From contig CAWGRW010000009.1 of the NCBI GenBank assembly GCA_963825135.1, positions 512,001 to 576,000 on the forward strand: a stretch of 64,000 bases of DNA, read 5' to 3'. Position 1 is the first letter of the stretch. Each line of letters opens with the position of its first letter. Shown in pieces: positions 1 through 12,337 of this stretch. The notes under the pieces are model-generated. The model worked only from the letters and a program-made list of their open reading frames with translations, searched no databases and was not told the DNA's origin. Source of the DNA: an uncultured bacterium (GTDB taxonomy: Bacteria; Desulfobacterota_D; UBA1144; Nemesobacterales; UBA2774). A program made the position numbers and the translations under genes.

Positions 1-2
1 TC

Positions 3-242
3 ACCGACGCCCGCCCCCGTAGGAATATGACGGGTTACGGCGAAATGAGGAAAATGATGATGCGTAGTTATCCGGACCCTTTTTTGCTTATTTTCGGGAC
101 CGGATGGGGCCTGGCCGAAGAAATAATGGATAGAGCCGACTACACTCTGAAGCCCGTCAGCGGGCACACGGGATACAACCATCTTTCCGTGAGATCCGCC
201 GCGGCGATAATACTCGACAGATTATTTTCATGTACAATATGA
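3..242 (+). CDS. SPOUT-class RNA methyltransferase (COG4752/DUF2168-like), 5'-truncated by the window edge
   Basis: Frame is open to the window edge; FGTGWGL and YNHLSVRSAAAIILDR SPOUT knot motifs; lies directly before rplS. Confidence 0.8.
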   Translation, partial: TDARPRRNMTGYGEMRKMMMRSYPDPFLLIFGTGWGLAEEIMDRADYTLKPVSGHTGYNHLSVRSAAAIILDRLFSCTI

Positions 243-257
243 AAGGGGAGAAGTTAG

Positions 258-707
258 ATGAACGTAATAATTGAACTCGAAAATTCCATGATGCGGACCG
301 ACCTTCCCGACTTTCGCTCGGGCGATTCGGTGGCCGTCCACTACAAAATCAAAGAGGGCGACAGGGAAAGGATACAGGTATTCGAGGGAGTCGTCATAGC
401 CAAGAAAAGGGGAGGAGTCCGCGAGACCTTCATTGTGAGAAAGGTTTCGTACGGAGTCGGAGTGGAAAGGATATTCCCCCTTCATTCACCGCTGATAGAC
501 AAAATTGAGGTTAAAAAGAAGGGTAAAGTCAGGCAGGCGAAGCTGTACTACCTGAGGGGCCGTTCCAAGAAGGCGAGCAGGATCAAGGAAAGATCGAGAT
601 ACGATCAGGCCTTACCGGCAAAGGGATCGTCTCCGTTACCCGCGGAACCCGAAATCCAATCCGGAGATGCGGGGGCTTCGGAAGAGAATTCCACGGCTCA
701 GTCATAA
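258..707 (+). CDS. rplS: 50S ribosomal protein L19 with a low-complexity C-terminal extension
   Basis: [24 protein letters not shown] and [10 protein letters not shown] motifs; AAGGGGAG SD. Confidence 0.98.
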   Translation: MNVIIELENSMMRTDLPDFRSGDSVAVHYKIKEGDRERIQVFEGVVIAKKRGGVRETFIVRKVSYGVGVERIFPLHSPLIDKIEVKKKGKVRQAKLYYLRGRSKKASRIKERSRYDQALPAKGSSPLPAEPEIQSGDAGASEENSTAQS

Positions 708-801
708 TTCCTCACAGAACCGTAGAAGGCGTACCTTGGGCCCCGAATAGCGCGGCCCGGTCTAAACGCGGGCCTGATCCGGTTGTGTCTAGACGGCTTA
801 T

Positions 802-1908
802 TTACTCCAGGTCTTTAAACCTTACGACGATATCCTCTTTAAATTCCAGGACGAAACACGTGTGCCAGTACCCCTGCTCGTCGAAACACTGATAGGACCA
901 TTTCTCCGCATTCTTAACGCCCTCTTTTTTCTCAGGCTCCCCCATCGCCTGAAGCGCTTCGTCTTTAGTCATACCGACGGCCGGGTATTTATTTTTTATC
1001 CCCCACCTTACCTTCTTCATGACCTTCTCGTCCCTTACGACCGTCTCGGTTTTCCGCTCGCTCACGTCGATTTGGTCCTTCACCGAATCCGCGCCTTTAC
1101 TGTCGTCAATATCCACCTTCTCAGTGACGTCCTCAGACTCACAGCTCCATACAAGCACGCCGTCAGCAATAGCTTCCGGAGACTCGGGCATTCCGGGCGA
1201 CATATCTTTCACCGTTTCTTTTATATACACCCCCGCCCTTTCATCCTTTGCGCTTATATATTCGAGCGTTCTGTTCTCACACTGCCCGGGCCTCCAGTGC
1301 TGAAGCACGGTCGCCACTCCTGGCGTTTTTTCGCTTATGCGCTCGGCAAGCAGCTTTTCGCTGTCCTCACCCCCGGAATCCTTTACCGCCCTGATATTGC
1401 CGACCAGGAGCACGACAGGGGTATCGCCCGTCATGTTTGCGACTTGTTTCTCCATCCATGCGTCCCTCATCACCGGCACGGAACGCGGCGCGTCTATAGC
1501 GTGGACGGACAGACACTTTCCCGCTCTTATCTGCCCGCTCAGGTCCGTAAGCATTTGTCTATAAGCAACGCTGTCCACGATGTCGTTTATCTGGACTTGC
1601 GAAACGGGCACCTCCCCCTTCATGGCGCTGTCGAGCGTTTCCTGCTGATCGGAGGATATTTCGAGCCCGACTTTGATGCACCCTCCGCCGTTCAGATATT
1701 CGGTAACGGTTTTCGAAAAAAACTGTTCGGATTCGGACTGCCCGTACGTTTCCCCTATGATAAGAACCCGCTTGCTCCCCATGAGAGCAGGCAGCGAAAT
1801 ATTATTCTGCTGCGCCAGAGACGCGGCCGAGTATCCAAAGCACAGTAAACCCGCCAGTATCAAACCGTAATTTATACGCATAATGTCACCCGTAAAAATA
1901 TATTTCAT
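802..1908 (-). CDS. Exported protein: ChaN/EreA/Tiki-like domain plus C-terminal SmpA/OmlA-like domain
   Basis: Signal peptide (…SAASLA|QQ); VLIIGET, VGLEI, RD and LLVGN motifs; C-terminal VGMTKDEALQAMGEP. Confidence 0.55.
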   Translation of the reverse strand: MKYIFTGDIMRINYGLILAGLLCFGYSAASLAQQNNISLPALMGSKRVLIIGETYGQSESEQFFSKTVTEYLNGGGCIKVGLEISSDQQETLDSAMKGEVPVSQVQINDIVDSVAYRQMLTDLSGQIRAGKCLSVHAIDAPRSVPVMRDAWMEKQVANMTGDTPVVLLVGNIRAVKDSGGEDSEKLLAERISEKTPGVATVLQHWRPGQCENRTLEYISAKDERAGVYIKETVKDMSPGMPESPEAIADGVLVWSCESEDVTEKVDIDDSKGADSVKDQIDVSERKTETVVRDEKVMKKVRWGIKNKYPAVGMTKDEALQAMGEPEKKEGVKNAEKWSYQCFDEQGYWHTCFVLEFKEDIVVRFKDLE

Positions 1909-2088
1909 CGGCTCCTACGATTTCATGCGGCCGGTGAGGCACATACACCTACAATTATATAATCAAAAGGAACTGAAATATAAACAGGATACGGGGCCAC
2001 CGTTACCCTTCCGACTGTAACAACACGCATTAGTTCCGGGTCTGCGTATATGACTCCCGGGAATGTAAATCTGAAAGATCGTACCGGT

Positions 2089-2110
2089 GAAATATTAAGG
2101 AAATATTAAG
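2089..2110. repeat. Perfect 11-bp tandem repeat (GAAATATTAAG)x2
   Basis: Read directly from the intergenic sequence. Confidence 0.8.
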
Positions 2111-2117
2111 ACGGCCG

Positions 2118-2915
2118 TCAGACGCCGCGCCACTGGGGCTCCCTCTTTTCGAGGAACGCGTCTATGCCCTCTTCGGCGTCCCGCGCCATCATGTTCTCGA
2201 CCATAACGCGGCTGCAATACTCGTAAGCGCTCGGAAGGTCCTTGTCTGCCTGCTCGTAAAAAGCCCTTTTGCCAATCTTGAGCGTAAGCGGCGACTTCGA
2301 TGAGATCTTCACCGCGAGCTCGTTCGCCGCGCGGTCAAGCTCGTCGACAGGCGCCACGCGGTTAACGAGCCCGATTTCGTATGCGCGCTTCGCCGAAATG
2401 TAATCTCCCGTCAGGAGCATCTCCATGGCGTGTTTCCTGGAGACGTTCCGCGAAAGAGCCACCATGGGGGTCGAGCAGAAGAGGCCTATGTTGACGCCCG
2501 GGGTAGCGAACCTCGCGTTCTCGCCGGCGACGGCGAGGTCGCAGGTCGCGACCAGCTGGCACCCGGCTGCGGTTGCAACCCCGTGCACCTTCGCTATCAC
2601 GGGTTTTGTACAATCTATTATCGAGAGCATCATCTTAGTGCAGGCGTCGAAGGTCTTCTCGTAGAATTCCTTTCCCGGGTTCCTCCTCATCTCCTTCAAG
2701 TCGTGCCCGGCGCAAAAACCCTTCCCTGCGCCCGAAAGGATTACCACTCTGACGTTATTGTCCCGCGAGAGCGACTCGAATTCCGATGTCAGCGCCTCCA
2801 TGCATTCGATCGAGAGGGAGTTATAGGACTCGGGCCTGTTTATGGTCAGCTCCGATACGGCTCCCTTGTCGTTTCGCAAGACGAGCCTTCCGGAATTTTT
2901 CTCTGCAAGAGCCAT
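2118..2915 (-). CDS. Enoyl-CoA hydratase/isomerase family protein (ECHDC3-like)
   Basis: FCAGHDLKE, ATAAGCQLVATCD and FATPGVNIGLFC motifs. Confidence 0.92.
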   Translation of the reverse strand: MALAEKNSGRLVLRNDKGAVSELTINRPESYNSLSIECMEALTSEFESLSRDNNVRVVILSGAGKGFCAGHDLKEMRRNPGKEFYEKTFDACTKMMLSIIDCTKPVIAKVHGVATAAGCQLVATCDLAVAGENARFATPGVNIGLFCSTPMVALSRNVSRKHAMEMLLTGDYISAKRAYEIGLVNRVAPVDELDRAANELAVKISSKSPLTLKIGKRAFYEQADKDLPSAYEYCSRVMVENMMARDAEEGIDAFLEKREPQWRGV

Positions 2916-3022
2916 ACCGTGGTTTCTCCGGGAAAAGGCGGATATTTTATCTAGTATATATGGAAAAAACTCGTGAGTTCAAATCGGGGGAGTTTATGAC
3001 GCCGTCTTTTCGGCAAAGACCG

Positions 3023-3280
3023 TCAGTCCGTTCTTACGCGGTCGGTCAGAACCGTGACCTTATCGTCCCTTACCTCGGCGATGCCGCCTTCGACGATCAT
3101 CTTTTTCTCGTGTGCGCCTTTTTTATACCTGAGCTCCCCTTCCGCAAGGATTGTAATAAAAGGCACGTGGCCCGGCAGGACCCCGAACTCACCGGCCTCG
3201 CCGGGAGCGACCACCTCGTCCACCCGTTCGTCGACGACGAGATTTACAGGGGTTATTACTTGTAGATGAAGGTCGGCCAA
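3023..3280 (-). CDS. atpC: ATP synthase epsilon subunit, short form (beta-sandwich domain only), TTG start
   Basis: VITP…APGEAGEFGVLPGHVP…VEGG motif; follows atpD; AGGAG SD. Confidence 0.93.
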   Translation of the reverse strand: MADLHLQVITPVNLVVDERVDEVVAPGEAGEFGVLPGHVPFITILAEGELRYKKGAHEKKMIVEGGIAEVRDDKVTVLTDRVRTD

Positions 3281-3338
3281 TTTAATATCTCCTAGGAGTC
3301 AAGGACTCTTTTATTATTTACCGGAGCCTTAAGTATCG

Positions 3339-3362
3339 GGAGACAGGCCCGAGCCTGCCTCC
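3339..3362 (-). promoter_or_regulatory. Intercistronic stem-loop between atpD and atpC
   Basis: Minus strand GGAGGCAGGC-TCGG-GCCTGTCTCC, 10-bp stem with one G-U pair. Confidence 0.5.
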
Positions 3363-3379
3363 GGCTTAAATTCATTTGA

Positions 3380-5690
<2,311 letters not shown>

Positions 5691-5725
5691 TTTATTTTCG
5701 TCTCAGTTATAAAGAATTTGTAAAT

Positions 5726-7264
<1,539 letters not shown>

Positions 7265-7274
7265 TTAGGGGGTT

Positions 7275-7817
7275 TCAGGACCGCGTGAGGACGTTTCGCA
7301 TCTTCTCAAGCTGGGTCTTTATACTACCATCGAACACCTTATCTTCAACCTTGGTGATAACTCCGCCGATAATGCCCGGGTCGACCTTTGTGGTAACCTC
7401 GATATCCTGCCCGACCGCCTTCGACAGCGCGCTTTTTATTCTGGCGAGCTCGGATTCGGTAGGCTCGGTCGCCATTATTACCTCCGCCCTGAGCTTTCCC
7501 GATGCCTTCCTCAGCTTCTGGACGACCGTCTGTTCGGATTTGACGAGTGATTTGAACTTGTCGAGCTCGATTACGAGCGTCAGGAAATTGACCGTCAATT
7601 TATCATAGCCCTTCTTTTGACCTATATCCTCGACAATCCCTTTTCTTTCCCGGAATTCGAAAGTGGAGCTCCAGAGTATGTTCCTCACCCCTTCCGCCTG
7701 GGAGAGCAACTCAAAAAAATCCTCGAGGTCGGAAGTTACCCGGTCGAGCTTGCCCTCTTCCCTTGCGCTCTCGATGAGCGCCTCCGTAAGGTCCCTCAGT
7801 GTTGCGATTGATGCCAT
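7275..7817 (-). CDS. atpH: F1 ATP synthase delta subunit
   Basis: VDPGIIGG…DKVFDGSIKTQL C-terminus; operon position. Confidence 0.93.
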   Translation of the reverse strand: MASIATLRDLTEALIESAREEGKLDRVTSDLEDFFELLSQAEGVRNILWSSTFEFRERKGIVEDIGQKKGYDKLTVNFLTLVIELDKFKSLVKSEQTVVQKLRKASGKLRAEVIMATEPTESELARIKSALSKAVGQDIEVTTKVDPGIIGGVITKVEDKVFDGSIKTQLEKMRNVLTRS

Positions 7818-8350
7818 TTTTCATCCTCGATATTCTTGCTGAATTCCTCTACGAACTTTTCCTTATCCGAGTCAACGAGGTGCTGCCTGATCAGAGCCGC
7901 CGCATTCCCCAGGGCCAGATCCACCACCTCCGCCTGTATCTCCCGTTTGGCGCGTTCCGACTGGAGCGCGATCGATTCCTTCGCTTCCCTCTTGATGGTT
8001 TCGGAGGCCGATTCCGCCTGTTTCAGAATCTCACTCCTCTCGGTCTCTCCCTGCTTGCGGAGCGTATCTTTCAGGGAATTAATTTCCGTTTCGATAGCCT
8101 GGAGCTTCCTGGCGTATTCGTCATATCTGGATTTCGCATCGCTTATCGTCTTCTGCGCCGTGTCTATCTCGTGTCCGATCAGACCTCGGCGTTCCACGAG
8201 GAAATTCTTTACAGGGGTCTTTAGGAAGTACACGAGCACGCCGAGGAGGATTATCAGGTTGACGGTGTGCTCCATGACGAACCGCCAGTTAAACGCCCCG
8301 TGCTCAGAAGCCCCTGCAAGAATTAAATTTATTATTTCGTGCCCGGTCAT
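7796..8350 (-). CDS. atpF: F0 ATP synthase subunit b
   Basis: N-terminal TM (VNLIILLGVLVYF) then a long coiled coil; operon position. Confidence 0.92.
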   Translation of the reverse strand: MTGHEIINLILAGASEHGAFNWRFVMEHTVNLIILLGVLVYFLKTPVKNFLVERRGLIGHEIDTAQKTISDAKSRYDEYARKLQAIETEINSLKDTLRKQGETERSEILKQAESASETIKREAKESIALQSERAKREIQAEVVDLALGNAAALIRQHLVDSDKEKFVEEFSKNIEDEKWHQSQH

Positions 8351-8859
8351 GCCCCGACCTCCCTGCCCAACACCTTCGAAGCAACTTCCTTTGAAAGCAG
8401 CTGAACGTCGCCTTTGAGCTTCTCTTTTATTATTTCCGTCTCGTCCTCAAGCTTCTTTTTCGCCTCGTCGAGCAGTCCCGCTGTCTCCCCTCTCGTCTTG
8501 GAAATAATCGCCGCGGCGGCGCTTTCGCCCTCGCGTACGATTTTAGTCCGCTCTTCCTGAGCCTGCGCCCTGGCCTCGTTGAGCTTGGCTTCGTATTCCA
8601 GAATTATCCCCTTTACCTTCTCCTCAAGCTCTCTGGCCTCTTTTATAGCCCCTTTCGTAAGCTTGTCACGCCTGTCTATAAGTCCGATAAACGGCTTGAA
8701 AACCAGAGTATTCAGTATGTATATGGCGGCGATGAATATTACGATCTGGATGAATACGGTCTTGTCCACGCTGAGCAAGTTCTCGGACGCGAAGGCCCTG
8801 GACGCCGTTATGAACAATAAGAGGAGTGAGGCCGCAGAGATAAATTTCTTTTGTCTCAT
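8347..8859 (-). CDS. F0 ATP synthase subunit b'
   Basis: DKTVFIQIVIF…FKP…RR TM motif then coiled coil; second b-type gene, 4-nt overlap with atpF. Confidence 0.9.
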   Translation of the reverse strand: MRQKKFISAASLLLLFITASRAFASENLLSVDKTVFIQIVIFIAAIYILNTLVFKPFIGLIDRRDKLTKGAIKEARELEEKVKGIILEYEAKLNEARAQAQEERTKIVREGESAAAAIISKTRGETAGLLDEAKKKLEDETEIIKEKLKGDVQLLSKEVASKVLGREVGA

Positions 8860-8900
8860 TTACTTCATATCTCCTTTGCCGGGGATGACGCCGGCTATAT

Positions 8901-9107
8901 CTACCCGATTTCCCCCGCATACGCGTTTTTGAGAAGAGGAGCATCAAAAAAGCCGGTCACTGGTACCATAACCGTTATAGCCGAAAAGAGCACGCAGCAG
9001 AACAATACTAAATCCGCAACAGAACCCGCCGCCGAAAATAAAATAAATAGGGCAGACGCGATAAAATGCTTATTAGTCGGGCAATAACCTGCTTCTTCCA
9101 GACTCAT
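8901..9107 (-). CDS. Possible small hydrophobic protein upstream of the atp operon
   Basis: 68-aa ATG ORF with a long hydrophobic stretch, same strand as atp genes; no clear SD. Confidence 0.25.
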   Translation of the reverse strand: MSLEEAGYCPTNKHFIASALFILFSAAGSVADLVLFCCVLFSAITVMVPVTGFFDAPLLKNAYAGEIG

Positions 9108-9233
9108 TTTGCGGGCTTAATTCCTTAAGGGCAGAACGTTAAAAAAACGAAATTATTTAACATGAAATAGGGGTAGTGTCAAACAAATTCATGCCATATA
9201 CACAATCCGGGACCGGGGACCAGGCTCCCGGGA

Positions 9234-10184
9234 CTAAGCCGTCCGGTTATCCTGATTGAATTTATCGAGCTCGATATCGTACTCGGTATAAATCCCGAGA
9301 GCGTGGAGGCAGTCGTTCGCCTCCTCGAGGCTCCCCGCCCCGGAGACTGCGCGGGACATGCCCGATAATTTTTCATATAAAACGCCCGGATAGAAGTAAT
9401 ACGTCACCGTGGAGGACATCGAGAGACTGACTTGCCTCCTCCCGCTCCTTATGCTCGTATCGGAGAACTCACCCTTGGCATAGAGGGTCGGGGTACGGCT
9501 CGCTTCGGTGGGGACCACGGCGATCAGTCTTTCGAGGAGCGAAAGCGCCTCTTTGGTAATGCCCCAGCTCCCGAGGAGCCCTCCCTCCCTCGCGAGAATG
9601 CCCATCGACCTCTCGAGCTCCGCCTGTGTAAGCTCCCCGTCGCTCCCGAACCCGAACAACCCCATAATGGCCGGCATTCTTTTCTCGATCAGGGCAAAAG
9701 AAGCGGTCATGACGGAATCGGCGAGGGGGCTCATGAGCCCGGGCTCGTTCCCGAACGCAAGCAGATCCCCTCCGACATCGATGCCGACAATAAGGTCGGC
9801 CCCGAGCTCGCCGGCCGCGTGGAGTATCCCTTCAGCCACGGCCTCAGGGCCGGGATGTATGTTAATTAAAAGGGTCTCCGCCCCCAGGACCTCCGCCATG
9901 CCGGATTCAGCGAACCTGACCCCGGTGCTGGTTACCGTGTCCTCGTTCGCGAACCAGACGACATCGTTTAATTTACGCGCGTTCCTCACCTCGTCGAATT
10001 TTCTCGGGCCCGGCACGGGGTCTATCACGGACCTTTCCCAGGAGAGTCCCCCGAATACGCATCCGACTCCGAACATCCCCAGCAGGTCGGCCGTGGGGAC
10101 CGTGCCGACTATGTCTCCCCCGCCGCCTATGCCTATGAGCATGGCCTTCCTCGAATTCGTGATTATCTGCCTGAGCGATTTCAT
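9234..10184 (-). CDS. DUF1152 family protein
   Basis: GIGGGGD, GIDVGGD, SPLAD and GSDGEL motifs; ATG at 10184 preferred over TTG at 10199. Confidence 0.75.
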   Translation of the reverse strand: MKSLRQIITNSRKAMLIGIGGGGDIVGTVPTADLLGMFGVGCVFGGLSWERSVIDPVPGPRKFDEVRNARKLNDVVWFANEDTVTSTGVRFAESGMAEVLGAETLLINIHPGPEAVAEGILHAAGELGADLIVGIDVGGDLLAFGNEPGLMSPLADSVMTASFALIEKRMPAIMGLFGFGSDGELTQAELERSMGILAREGGLLGSWGITKEALSLLERLIAVVPTEASRTPTLYAKGEFSDTSIRSGRRQVSLSMSSTVTYYFYPGVLYEKLSGMSRAVSGAGSLEEANDCLHALGIYTEYDIELDKFNQDNRTA

Positions 10185-10325
10185 TCCGGGCAAGGGCAAT
10201 CTCCGTCTACAGTAGATTAAAGTGCGGGAATCCGCGTGAAATACTCTACTTTACGGGACGCAACTTTCAATTAATTCGACGTACAGGGAACACGGGAGAA
10301 GGGAGCGGCGCAGTGTCGGGGGCTT

Positions 10326-11747
10326 TCATGACCTCGGCTCTTCGAGCAGGATGAAAAGGACGTTGTCGCTGAAGGCGGGGGATTTGGTCAAACCCAGGTG
10401 GTCCGTGAAGAGGAAGGTAACGTTTGACCACTTAATCGGAGAAACGAGGTTAGGCGTCCAGTACCCCCCCACCCTCTCGTCCTCAAGCGCGCTTGCCCGC
10501 GTCACCGTCCCGTCGCCGGGGCTGTATTGGGACACCTCGAATTTGCCCGTGGATCTATCGACTTTAAGCCCCGAGCCCGTGAGAATCGCGTCCCCGGCGA
10601 TCAGATACAGCTTCAGGCCTTGAGGGAGCTCGGCCGGGGTATCTATCGCGTCCTGAAATTCTTTTGCGCGTTTTAAGGATTTTCTTAAATGATCTATGGC
10701 GATTTCACGCCTCTTCGCCGGATCCGGCACGTCCGGAAGCAGCCACTCGAGCACCTTGTCCTGTCCCGGGTCGGCAAGGCCCCAGCCGAGGCTTACCCAG
10801 GTTTCAGCATCCATAAGGTCGAGCCTGCCGCCGCTCTCGTCCACGACCTCTCCGTGCCTCGTCCTCGGCAGCTGCTGATAAAGTGAAGGCATCGTCGCTA
10901 TTACCGCAGGCTCGTATTTGGGAAGAAAGGGTCCAATGTCCTTCCCCTTGACGAGGGTCTCGACGGCCCCGACCGCGCCCGCGTTGGGCGTGCCCACGAT
11001 GATCACCTTCTCGACTAATTTCGCACCCTCCCACGTCACCACCGGTTTCGAGCCGTCCTCCGGCAGGTCGCTGTCGCCGTACATGAGGAAATACCGTGTA
11101 AGAAGGCCGCCCATGGAATGGGCCACTATGTCGAATTTGACATCTTCCTTCACTATCCCGCGTTTCTTGTTTTCTTCAATAATGTAAGCCCTCTTCTCCT
11201 CTATAAACTTCTTGAGCCGCTTCGCGTTCTCCACGTTATCGAGCCTCCAGTCGTAATCGAACTGAAAGCACGTGAAGTGGTCCTTCCCGTAGTCGATCTG
11301 GTTTAATTTATTGGAGGCGAGGGACTGGTCGAGGTATCCGCCTGCGCCCAGGGTGCTCAGGATGTTGATATACGCGTTTAGCTGAATAGGCAGCCCGAAT
11401 AGCTTCACCTTCACCCTGTCGAGAGCCCCGTCCGAGTGCACGCTGTCCGTGAGGTCGTCAATCGGGACGCCCTCTTTCATCGGGATAGCGATGAGGCGCG
11501 CGCCTTCAGGGGTCTCAGGATCGGCCTCGCCCCCGTCAAACGCCCCCCAGACGAGCTGGCCCGTCTCGCCGTCCCTCAGCTTCGAGCCCAGTATACCGGG
11601 TATCAGGATAACGGGATTGCTCTCGACGTCCGAGCGCATCGCCGCCTGCGTGTATATCCCCCCGAGGTCTGGCGGGGCGTACTCCGCCCTGGCGCAGGCA
11701 AGTAATACCGTGACTGGTATAAATAAGACCGATATTAGATTTCTCAT
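10326..11747 (-). CDS. Lipoprotein, alpha/beta hydrolase of lipase/LCAT-like acyltransferase type
   Basis: Lipobox LLAC; PVILIPGILGS, YDWR, AHSMGG nucleophile elbow, GDGTV and C-terminal His. Confidence 0.85.
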   Translation of the reverse strand: MRNLISVLFIPVTVLLACARAEYAPPDLGGIYTQAAMRSDVESNPVILIPGILGSKLRDGETGQLVWGAFDGGEADPETPEGARLIAIPMKEGVPIDDLTDSVHSDGALDRVKVKLFGLPIQLNAYINILSTLGAGGYLDQSLASNKLNQIDYGKDHFTCFQFDYDWRLDNVENAKRLKKFIEEKRAYIIEENKKRGIVKEDVKFDIVAHSMGGLLTRYFLMYGDSDLPEDGSKPVVTWEGAKLVEKVIIVGTPNAGAVGAVETLVKGKDIGPFLPKYEPAVIATMPSLYQQLPRTRHGEVVDESGGRLDLMDAETWVSLGWGLADPGQDKVLEWLLPDVPDPAKRREIAIDHLRKSLKRAKEFQDAIDTPAELPQGLKLYLIAGDAILTGSGLKVDRSTGKFEVSQYSPGDGTVTRASALEDERVGGYWTPNLVSPIKWSNVTFLFTDHLGLTKSPAFSDNVLFILLEEPRS

Positions 11748-11976
11748 GGCAACCGTACAAGGAATACGGGTTTAACGGCCCCCGCCGGGCTTTCTAACAT
11801 TGGACGGGATACGAGCGGAATTGGATTTATTTTTGCGGGATAGACCGCGATGGAAAGGCGCTTCGGGCCCTCGCCGAGAGGTATTATTATGTTGAACGCG
11901 GTTCGGATATTTACCGTTCCGGTGCCCTCTAACCGCTGCACCGGCAAATATAAGCGAACCCGGCTTTATCGTCGAC

Positions 11977-12243
11977 TCAATCGGCGTACTGTATGCCGAG
12001 CCTCACCTGTGTTATCGCCTGGTTGACGAGCTCAAGAGCCCTGACCCTGTGCCCGCCCTTATCGGGTGACGAAACCTCCAGATTGATCCGCGCCTCATGC
12101 AGGCTGCCGAGGGCCTGCTCCATGTTCGGCTGATAACCGGGCTGGGCATTCGCTTCCCTGAACATATTAAAAGTGCCCATGAGAAACGCGGCAAAGAGAA
12201 CGCCCGCAAAAAACGGCAACGAAACCTTTATGATTCTGGACAT
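11977..12243 (-). CDS. Small exported helical protein (QPxM…DKGGHR family)
   Basis: AGGAGG SD before ATG at 12243; hydrophobic signal ending ANA|Q; QPNMEQAL…PDKGGHR. Confidence 0.75.
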   Translation of the reverse strand: MSRIIKVSLPFFAGVLFAAFLMGTFNMFREANAQPGYQPNMEQALGSLHEARINLEVSSPDKGGHRVRALELVNQAITQVRLGIQYAD

Positions 12244-12337
12244 TACGCCTCTCCTTGTTGATAAGAATTTACAGAAACTATAAAACAAGCGAACGGCGAC
12301 CGCAAACCAAAATTAAAAGCCGGACGCCGTCCGGACG

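Noticed and set aside
862..1848. Long antisense ORFs (also 25251-26513, 52247-53404, 53552-54661, 63066-63944)
   Set aside because: They shadow well-supported genes on the opposite strand and have no recognisable motifs
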